A DNA stretch of 59,363 bases, taken from a virus. Lineage: Duplodnaviria > Heunggongvirae > Uroviricota > Caudoviricetes. The translations under genes were made by a program, and so were the position numbers. The stretch lies in IMG/VR virus record IMGVR_UViG_3300028048_000083, positions 1 to 59,363 of that record; one strand, 5' to 3'. Positions within the stretch are counted from its first letter, which is position 1; each line of letters opens with the position of its first letter. This document shows positions 47,711-55,061 of this stretch, piece by piece. A model generated the notes under the pieces. The model was given only the letters and a program-made list of their open reading frames with translations, did not search any database and was not told the origin of the DNA.

Positions 47711-47915
47711 GGTCCCTTAGCTCAGTTGGTTAGAGCGGCTGACTCGTGAAGGTCGTATAATGGTAGTACGACATCACAGCTAAGATTGTGAAGTAGGTGT
47801 GAGTTCGATTCTCACTCTTTGCACTAATTTTTTATGATTTGTTTCATAATTTTGAGGTATCATAAAGAAATAAACCATAATCAGCGGGTCGGGGGTTCAA
47901 GTCCCTCAGGGACCA
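47711..47915 (+). tRNA. tRNA(CAT) (Met or Ile2) with 131-nt anticodon insertion
   Basis: GCTGA-CTC[47746-47876]ATAA-TCAGC; GGTCCCT/AGGGACC acceptor. Confidence 0.82.
47746..47823 (+). tRNA. nested tRNA-like gene (anticodon AAG?) inside tRNA(CAT)
   Basis: GTGAAGG/TCTTTGC acceptor, GTAT/GTAC D stem, TCACA/TGTGA arm, GTGAG-TTCGATT-CTCAC. Confidence 0.7.
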
Positions 47916-47921
47916 CTTTCT

Positions 47922-48027
47922 GATTCCTTAGCTCAGTGGTTAGAGCGTCGCACGTAAAGGTTAACATGACAGAAGCGTGCGGTAATAGTCGGTTTTAGAG
48001 ACGCTGGTTCGAATCCAGCAGGAATCA
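47922..48027 (+). tRNA. tRNA-like gene with enlarged anticodon loop and variable region, anticodon unassigned
   Basis: Perfect acceptor, D and T arms; TCGCACG/CGTGCGG stem. Confidence 0.6.
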
Positions 48028-48145
48028 CCCAGTTTAATAACGTTCGATTGCTGGAGCTTCGCCTATGGAAGTTTGTGAGCATAGGTAGTTACACACTTAT
48101 AGGTAAAGTGGCGTTGGGTGTCCCCAAACGATATGTGGGGAATGT

Positions 48146-48284
48146 ATCCGTTTAGTTCAGTCAGGTTAGAACAGGCAAGCCCAAGATACATGCCGTAAAA
48201 CGAGAGCAACCAGGAGTGAGTAAAAGCAGATTAAGGACGGCACCGTTGTCACTCTTTACCCAGGTTCGAATCCTGGAACGGGTA
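48146..48284 (+). tRNA. tRNA-like gene with 13-nt anticodon loop and ~70-nt variable arm
   Basis: ATCCGTT/AACGGGT; GTTC/GAAC D stem; CCAGG-TTCGAAT-CCTGG. Confidence 0.6.
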
Positions 48285-48455
48285 CTATTTTTTCATTAAT
48301 CCATTAATATTGTCTGTGCGCTGTTTCTGGCTTTCAGTGTAAATCTGCGCTCTGTGTACAGGTATAAGACCGTAACTTATGAAGCTCTGGGGGATTTATC
48401 CGAAAAACTTTGCAAAGCATCTTCATTCGTCGGAAAACAGGGATATTAATGAATT

Positions 48456-48475
48456 TGCCCTGGTAGCTCAGGGCA
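48456..48475 (+). pseudogene. collapsed tRNA stub (GCCCTGGTAGCTCAGGGCA)
   Basis: tRNA 5' end GCCCTGGTAGCTCAG fused to acceptor 3' strand; matches remnant at 49704. Confidence 0.6.
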
Positions 48476-48482
48476 TTTATTT

Positions 48483-48556
48483 GGGGTGATGGTGTAGTTG
48501 GTTGGTCACGCTGGTCTGAAAAACCAGAGGCGGTATTTTCGATAATCCTCGCCCCA
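48483..48556 (+). tRNA. tRNA-Phe(GAA)
   Basis: CTGGT-CTGAAAA-ACCAG; T arm degenerate. Confidence 0.7.
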
Positions 48557-48636
48557 CAAAAATTTTTGAAAATTTAAGTTCAAAACCACATTTTTCCGCA
48601 GAAGATACTATTTATATTATATAAGGCATTATTAAT

Positions 48637-49704
48637 ATGAATAAGATTGACATTAGTACAGAAGAAAAGAAACAAGAGGTTTACAATTTATTTGCCTCAT
48701 TTAAAAAGAAGGGTGATATTCACAAGTATTTTGGAATAAGTGACAATTCACAAGGATGTAAGCATATCAAGGAGGTTGCTGATGAAATTGGGTTTGACTT
48801 AAATTCATATAAAAAGAAATACTGTCTAGAATGTGGTAAAGAGATTACATCAAAATATGGTAATAAATTTTGTTCATGTTCTTGTTCCATTTCACATCGT
48901 AATAAAAATAGTAAACATAGTGAAATAACTAAGAAGAAAATTAGCGAATCATTAAAAAAATTAAAGATAAACAAACCAACAATAAAAAAAGTGTGTAGAT
49001 GCTGTGGTCAAGAGGTGTGTGAGCATAATGAAATTTGTAAACATAGTCATGCTCTTTTTGAAAATCTAACCTATTTTGGATTTAATATTAATACGTATGG
49101 GACAAAAGATGTATATAATGAATATTATAAAACAAAAGCATTATTAGAAGAAGAATATTATAATAATGGATTAAATTCAAGGGAACTTAAAGAAAAGTAT
49201 GATTATCCCAAAACTTTTGAAAATATTACTCATATTTTAAAACATTTGGGAATAAAGGTAAGAAATGAAAGAGAAAGTCAAATAAACTTGATTATACGAA
49301 ATAAAGTTACGCCCCAAAATGCATTTAATACTTATCCATTTAAACACGGGTGGCATATAACATGGGATAACAATAAGATTTATTATAGAAGCTCATATGA
49401 ATTAGAATATGCTGAAGAATTAGATAAACAAAAAATTCATTATGAGGTAGAAAGTCTTAGAATATTATATTATGATACAGTATTACAGAGTGAAAGAGTG
49501 GCGATACCTGATTTTTATCTCCCCAAATCTAATGAAATTATTGAAGTTAAATCCAGGGTTACTTTTTTAAAACAAAACGTAGTAGATAAGTTTAAAAAAT
49601 ATATTGAATTAGGTTATACACCAAAATTATTATATGAGAATAAATTATATAAGTTAGAAGATATTGAAAGTTTAGAAGAATTTAAATATGTTTTGAACAC
49701 ATAG
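48637..49704 (+). CDS. PD-(D/E)XK (TnsA-like) endonuclease with IDISTEEK module
   Basis: YRSSYELEYA...PDFYLP...IIEVKS. Confidence 0.85.
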   Translation: MNKIDISTEEKKQEVYNLFASFKKKGDIHKYFGISDNSQGCKHIKEVADEIGFDLNSYKKKYCLECGKEITSKYGNKFCSCSCSISHRNKNSKHSEITKKKISESLKKLKINKPTIKKVCRCCGQEVCEHNEICKHSHALFENLTYFGFNINTYGTKDVYNEYYKTKALLEEEYYNNGLNSRELKEKYDYPKTFENITHILKHLGIKVRNERESQINLIIRNKVTPQNAFNTYPFKHGWHITWDNNKIYYRSSYELEYAEELDKQKIHYEVESLRILYYDTVLQSERVAIPDFYLPKSNEIIEVKSRVTFLKQNVVDKFKKYIELGYTPKLLYENKLYKLEDIESLEEFKYVLNT

Positions 49705-49763
49705 CCCTGTCTGGTGATTGGGGCAAGAGCCCCGCGTCGGTGGTTCAATTCCATCCCAGGGCA
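49704..49763 (+). pseudogene. decayed tRNA-Phe-like remnant
   Basis: GCCCTG/CAGGGC acceptor, GGGGC-AAGA-GCCCC (4-nt loop), intact T arm, scrambled D arm. Confidence 0.65.
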
Positions 49764-50063
49764 CGACCGACTTGGCAAAGCGAATTAATTCGCAACTCGT
49801 GATAGGCGGTAGTTGGGAAGACCACCTTGCGAGTATAAAGCAGAACTTCGCGCGTCTGCTGGCTGTTTCCAATAGGAAATGGTGACAACAAGACCCCGCC
49901 TGGTATGCACCTTCACAGAGCGTTAAATATCAGTAAGGCAGTTTGTTTCAGACAATACGGTGAGTCTGGAACAAGAGGTTATGGCATTAATCGCCTCGTT
50001 AATCAATTGAGATGACCACAATCGGTTGGAGTATAACCGTAACCGTTAAAATATACTCTATTT

Positions 50064-50191
50064 GGACAGGTAGCTCAGTTGGTTTAGAGCGACGTAATGA
50101 ATGACTTTTGGCGATTGAAAGTCGTACAGCAATTAATAAAATTCTATGGTCACCAACCCGTAGGTCGGAGGTTCGAATCCTTCCCTGCCCT
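50064..50191 (+). tRNA. tRNA-Gly(ACC) with 53-nt insertion at 29/30
   Basis: ACG[50095-50147]GG-TCACCAA-CCCGT; U73; atypical C33. Confidence 0.75.
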
Positions 50192-50347
50192 CGAAGCTTT
50201 AGCATAAAAACCGTCAAGGAAATCAAACCATATCCTGACACTGGGTAGTGACCATATACAGTGCGGCATGGGTAAAGGTGAGGAACTTGTAAAAATTTGC
50301 GCCTCCAGGGGGAGGAGATGCGGGTTGGTGAACCGACGGCTTTAACA

Positions 50348-50422
50348 CCTGTGGTAGCTCAGTTGGTTTAGAGCAATCGCCTGATACGCGATAGGTCGGT
50401 AGTTCGAGTCTACCCCACAGGA
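50348..50422 (+). tRNA. tRNA-Ile(GAT)
   Basis: Canonical cloverleaf. Confidence 0.93.
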
Positions 50423-50507
50423 CTGATTTTTTATAATAAATTAAAACAGTTTTTATGAACTTGAAATTTAAATGTGGTTTTATGTAATATACAAATTACA
50501 TAAAAAC

Positions 50508-51290
50508 ATGAAGATTAAAAATTTAGAAAAAGCCGAGAACCTTCCAATGAAGGAATCGATGAGGAGAAGTTCAGATTACGACTCCTGGGATTGCTATCAT
50601 GTCTGTGGACATGGCTATTATTCATGGTTAAGAGGTTTTGTCGCTAAAAATGTAGGACAACCTTTTAACGATGTTTATTCAAAATTCAAGAAATCCTTGT
50701 CAAAAAAACATGTTGGCAGTGAGACAAAGTATGAATTGATTCAATATTTTCGTGGTTTAATTGAAACCAGAAGATACAGAAGCTATTGGATTGCCGATTA
50801 TTATGTAGATGAGGATGGTATTCTATGCAAAGAGCCTAGGAAAACCAAATCAAGGGATATTACCATTAGATATGGTGAACCTGTGACTGTCTATAAATTC
50901 AGAAGAGAATACAGTGAAACCGTTTTTGGTTGTATGGCAGTATGTTTTGGCTATAAAAGGGCTAAATCAATGATTGAAAATGGTATATCAGAAAAGGAAT
51001 TCCACACCGAAACCAATGAAGTACGTCGATACAACAATTTGGTACGCCAAAAGTTCTACGATGAGAACAATTTTAATTGCTACAATATGTGTTGGATAAG
51101 TTTGTGGATAGGCTATTCCACATATCCATATAGCGTGACTTTGAAATATAGGTCACGTGAGTATTACAAGTATTGGTATGAAAGACAGGATGCAACAAGA
51201 AAGTATCAACGAAAAAGATACCAGGAACTTATTGACAGGTTCAATCGTTGCGAACTCCAACACAGTGAACATCCTTTTCTGTTTGAATAA
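50508..51290 (+). CDS. hypothetical protein
   Basis: ORF; ATG at 50508. Confidence 0.8.
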   Translation: MKIKNLEKAENLPMKESMRRSSDYDSWDCYHVCGHGYYSWLRGFVAKNVGQPFNDVYSKFKKSLSKKHVGSETKYELIQYFRGLIETRRYRSYWIADYYVDEDGILCKEPRKTKSRDITIRYGEPVTVYKFRREYSETVFGCMAVCFGYKRAKSMIENGISEKEFHTETNEVRRYNNLVRQKFYDENNFNCYNMCWISLWIGYSTYPYSVTLKYRSREYYKYWYERQDATRKYQRKRYQELIDRFNRCELQHSEHPFLFE

Positions 51291-51305
51291 ATACTGTTTA
51301 ATCAT

Positions 51306-51377
51306 GGTGACTATGGTGTAATGGTAACACGCGACATTGTGGATGTTGAATTCTGGGTTCGAGCCCCAGTTGTCACC
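51306..51377 (+). tRNA. tRNA-His(GTG)
   Basis: G-1:C73; TTGTGGA loop. Confidence 0.92.
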
Positions 51378-51397
51378 CAAAATTTTAAGGAAAAAAT

Positions 51398-51619
51398 ATG
51401 CAAAATCTGGTTATATATCAAAAAAAAATAGAAATGGCTAAAATATCAAAAGAGGACATGGAGGAATATCTCCTTGACAGAGAAATGACTAGCATTGAAA
51501 CATTTGAGAATTTCTGCAATGCTTGTGACAACTTCGGCACACTTGAATGCCCATATAATGGAAAGGTTGTGCTTAGTACGGATTGGAGAAACATCGGATG
51601 TTCTAATTTTGAAGATTAA
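51398..51619 (+). CDS. small Cys-rich hypothetical protein
   Basis: ORF; true start may be MAKISK. Confidence 0.6.
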   Translation: MQNLVIYQKKIEMAKISKEDMEEYLLDREMTSIETFENFCNACDNFGTLECPYNGKVVLSTDWRNIGCSNFED

Positions 51620-51631
51620 AAATAAGTTGTT

Positions 51632-52168
51632 ATGGTAGTAGTACACATGGATACACGGTTTGACACTGTAGACTTAGCAAGGGTTTACGATGGGTTGGAT
51701 TGTACGTTGTTTTATACTCCGACACGTGGGGATAGACGTGCCATTATGGATGCTATCCGTAATGATGAAGGTCCTGTGATATTACTCGGTCATGGTACAC
51801 CAAGAGGTTTGCTTGACCCTACTTTCTGTGATTACATAATTGAATCCAGTGATGTTGATTTGTTAAGGCAAAGAACTATTATCGGTATTTGGTGTTATGC
51901 TTCAGAATTTGCCGATAGGTATGGTTTGCATGGTTTTTTCTCTTCAATGTTTGTGTCAAACATTAATGAGGCAGTCGAACTTCAAGTAGACCGTTTAGCC
52001 ACTGAAGAGAATATTGCTGAAGAATTTGAGTTATTCTGCCGTACAATCAATTGTTTTATCCGTGCCGAGTTACCAATGGATGAATGGGTTGAGAATTTAC
52101 AGGGAATGTGTAATCGTGAACTGCCTTTTGTAAGGTATAACTATGAAGCATTATCGTATTTTGAATGA
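51632..52168 (+). CDS. hypothetical protein
   Basis: LLGHGTPRGL...GIWCYASEF. Confidence 0.8.
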   Translation: MVVVHMDTRFDTVDLARVYDGLDCTLFYTPTRGDRRAIMDAIRNDEGPVILLGHGTPRGLLDPTFCDYIIESSDVDLLRQRTIIGIWCYASEFADRYGLHGFFSSMFVSNINEAVELQVDRLATEENIAEEFELFCRTINCFIRAELPMDEWVENLQGMCNRELPFVRYNYEALSYFE

Positions 52169-52381
52169 AAATATTTTTGCTTATATGAGACAAAAATTGT
52201 ATATTACATATAGACAAATATAATAACAAATAAAAATTAAAGTTTATGGGCACAGATTTTATGTAGATGAAATTCACGTAGGTTGATATTAATGCTCCTC
52301 CGTAACATTCTAATTTAATGAAAATGATTGGATGTTAAATAAAACAAAAACAATTAATAATAAATTTAAATTAGAATTAAA

Positions 52382-53116
52382 ATGAATATCTTAAAAATTT
52401 TCAATAGTAAAAACAATGCAGAAAAAAGCACGGAGTTGAACAGCAACATCAATACTGAAAGAATTAACAATAAAGACGGTATCCTTGAATTCAAGGAAGT
52501 AATCAAAAAGGTTGCTAATGAACAAAAGGAAATCAGGAAAACAACAAGAAGTTCACACAATAAAACCGATTGTATTGTATTAGCACAATTTCAAAACAAT
52601 GAAAGGGAGAACAGTAAATGGTTGTTTCAGGCAAATACCGCTTATTACATAGTCAAACATTATTTGTGGCTTGATGAAAACAAGGATAAAAAAGCCGAGT
52701 ATCTGAATAAGGTGGTCGAAGAAGCAAAACGAGTGTTCAAAACCGACCGAACCGATAAGGACAAATGGTTTGTTGAAAAATTCCTTGATGGGGTTGATAA
52801 TTTTGTCAAAGCGTATATCCCGAACGAATAGAGTGAATCAAGACTGTATGTATTGGTTTCAAAAGATTTAGACCCTGTTTACGGGTGCGTGCAGGGAGGT
52901 CATGCTGTGGCACAATGGCTGCTTGAGCATGACACTGGATGGAAAAACAACTATCTGATTTACCTTTACGCCGATGTTGACGAATGGGTAGAAAAACTAA
53001 ATCGAGGCAAAATCGACTATTCGATATTCAGAGAACCCGACCTGGCAAACAAAATAACCGCAATTGCAGTAGAGAATGACGGCGAGTTGTTCAAGAAACT
53101 GCAGTTAGTGAAATGA
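52382..53116 (+). CDS. protein with in-frame TAG (52829-52831) and C-terminal Pth2-like domain
   Basis: Frame continues ...PNE*SESRLYVLVSKDLDPVYGCVQGGHAVAQW...FREPDL.NKITAIAV; no ATG for the second part. Confidence 0.65.
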
Positions 53117-53166
53117 AAATCTCGCAAAAAGGCATGATGCCGACCTTTCCAAAACGGCATCAAATT

Positions 53167-53239
53167 GCGCCCGTGGCTGAGTGACTTAGGCGACCGTCTC
53201 TAAAACGGTACTACACGGGTTTGAATCCTGTCGGGCGCA
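53167..53239 (+). tRNA. amber suppressor tRNA (CTA)
   Basis: ACCGT-CTCTAAA-ACGGT; complete cloverleaf; T loop TTTGAAT. Confidence 0.9.
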
Positions 53240-53462
53240 CAAAGAGGTTGGAGGTTAACATTTACGCCATACCAGCTGTCAGTGCCGTTTGAGCCTAGAG
53301 CAGCGAATTTTTAGGCGAAAATGCAAATGACTTTTGATTAAGCGGTGACGAGCCAAACTGGTCATTAGCCAGATTGCCTCTGGCAAAAGCCAGATGTCCG
53401 TGAAAGTCGGAGGAGAGTCTTCCAGTGTATCGTGTTCTACTCCTTAAACAAGTAACAAGTAC

Positions 53463-53546
53463 GCCCAGGTGGTGGAATTGGTAGACACGCTTGGCTAAGG
53501 ACCAAGTGCCCGAAAGGGCTTGTGGGTTCGAGTCCCACCCTGGGTA
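53463..53546 (+). tRNA. tRNA-Leu(AAG)
   Basis: CTTGG-CTAAGGA-CCAAG; long variable arm; A73. Confidence 0.88.
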
Positions 53547-53639
53547 CAAACAACATTTTACATTGAATATATTTACTTGTATGATGTTCGGGGAGAAGCA
53601 AAAAAGAATATCAAGCCAATGGTAGATGCTCCCCATAAT

Positions 53640-53714
53640 GACCGAGTACCTGAGTGGTTTAAAGGCCAAGTCTGCAAAACTTCGGATTCGGGGGTTCGAA
53701 TCCCTCCTCGGTCA
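53640..53714 (+). tRNA. tRNA-Cys(GCA)
   Basis: CTGCAAA loop. Confidence 0.88.
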
Positions 53715-53722
53715 CTAAATAT

Positions 53723-53756
53723 GCCCAGGTGGTGGAATTGGTAGACACGAGAGTCT
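53723..53756 (+). pseudogene. 5' half of a Leu tRNA, truncated at the anticodon
   Basis: First 27 nt identical to 53463; ends at ...AGAGT-CT just before the HNH promoter. Confidence 0.8.
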
Positions 53757-53845
53757 AAAATAAGTAGACATGTAAAAAAAATATTATGCGTGTCTACTCT
53801 TTTTTTAATTTCTTGATATTTATATATAAGTAAAAATATTGAGAA

Positions 53846-54652
53846 ATGAAGAAAAATGAAAGAACGGAACAGGAATACAGAGATGCTGCTAAAAATTCAT
53901 TTAGTTTTGCTGGAATGTGTCGCTATTTAGGATTGGGCGCTTTTGGGGCTAATTACAGAAGATTACACAAAGCAATCGATGAATACGGAATTGATGTATC
54001 ACATTTTACAGGTCAAGGTTGGAATGTTGGTATGATTTTTAATCCAATGGATAAAAAAAAGAAGTCTCTTGATGAAATTTTAATTGAAAATTCAGATTAT
54101 GACAACACTAACACATTAAAAAATCGTTTATTCAATGAGGGAGTAAAAGAAGAAAGATGTGAAAAATGTGGACTAACTGAATGGAATGGAGAACCAATAC
54201 CATTACAACTACATCATATTAATGGTAATAGAAGAGATAATAGATTGGAAAATTTACAGATATTATGTCCAAACTGTCATGCACAAACTGACAATTTTTG
54301 TGGGAAAAATGTAGATAAACCTAAACGTAGAAATCTAAATAAAATTGAACGTTATGAAAAAGTAAAAGAAGCATATGGTGAAGAATTTGCTATTAAAACT
54401 TTTGGTATAATTGAACAAAAAAAGAATAAGTCAAAACAGAAAAAAATTTGTCCTGTATGTGGGAAAGAACTTAAAAAAAGTGAATATACGTACTGTTCAC
54501 TTGAATGTTCACATAAGTCAACAAAAAAATTACCTGAAGATAGCATAATTATTAATCACATTAAAAATGGTTTAACCAATCAGGAAATTGGTGACATATA
54601 TGGCGTAACAGAAGCTTGTGTTAGAAAATGGAAGAAAAAACATAATATATGA
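53846..54652 (+). CDS. HNH endonuclease with C-terminal HTH
   Basis: LQLHHINGNRRDNRLENLQILCPNCHA. Confidence 0.92.
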   Translation: MKKNERTEQEYRDAAKNSFSFAGMCRYLGLGAFGANYRRLHKAIDEYGIDVSHFTGQGWNVGMIFNPMDKKKKSLDEILIENSDYDNTNTLKNRLFNEGVKEERCEKCGLTEWNGEPIPLQLHHINGNRRDNRLENLQILCPNCHAQTDNFCGKNVDKPKRRNLNKIERYEKVKEAYGEEFAIKTFGIIEQKKNKSKQKKICPVCGKELKKSEYTYCSLECSHKSTKKLPEDSIIINHIKNGLTNQEIGDIYGVTEACVRKWKKKHNI

Positions 54653-54657
54653 TTAAT

Positions 54658-54732
54658 GGCTCAGTAGGAGAACTGGAATATCCGCTTCACTCAAAATGAA
54701 GAGTTCTGTGGGTTCGAATCCCACCTGAGCTA
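54658..54732 (+). tRNA. tRNA-Leu(CAA), short variable region
   Basis: CTTCA-CTCAAAA-TGAAG. Confidence 0.85.
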
Positions 54733-54897
54733 CAAAGCAAATATCAATCGTTAGACAATAAGAACCGTGAGCGACGGAGTGGTTAAACGGTAAATGCGTT
54801 TGGGTGGAATTCCCTTGGATAAGATGCCTCTGCTTGAGACCACATTCAAGATTAAAACGTTAAATCAGCGCGGTGTCATAAGGTATTTGTTTTTTAT

Positions 54898-54969
54898 TGA
54901 CCCATAGTGTAGTGGCTAGCACGTCAGATTCTGGCTCTGATAACGGAGGTTCGAATCCTCCTGGGTCAA
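54898..54969 (+). tRNA. tRNA-Gln(CTG)
   Basis: TCAGA-TTCTGGC-TCTGA; U1-A72. Confidence 0.92.
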
Positions 54970-55061
54970 CAAATAAATAAGCATAATTTAATAAAAAATA
55001 TTTCAAAACGTATATACTTTTTGAAAGTTTATGATATTTATTGATATAAAGATTAAATATT

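Noticed and set aside
39456-50147. ACAGCAA repeats as a CRISPR array
   Set aside because: Copies are dispersed, not regularly spaced, share only a short core, and there are no cas genes.
53136-53161. Hairpin GATGCCG/CGGCATC with a CTTTCCAAAA loop just before the suppressor tRNA
   Set aside because: Could be an anticodon mimic, but a single 7-bp hairpin is equally explained as a processing or pause signal; insufficient evidence.
53239-53300. HDV-like theta ribozyme after the suppressor tRNA or other tRNAs
   Set aside because: Could not build the P1/P2/P3/P1.1 nested double pseudoknot at any tRNA 3' end by eye.
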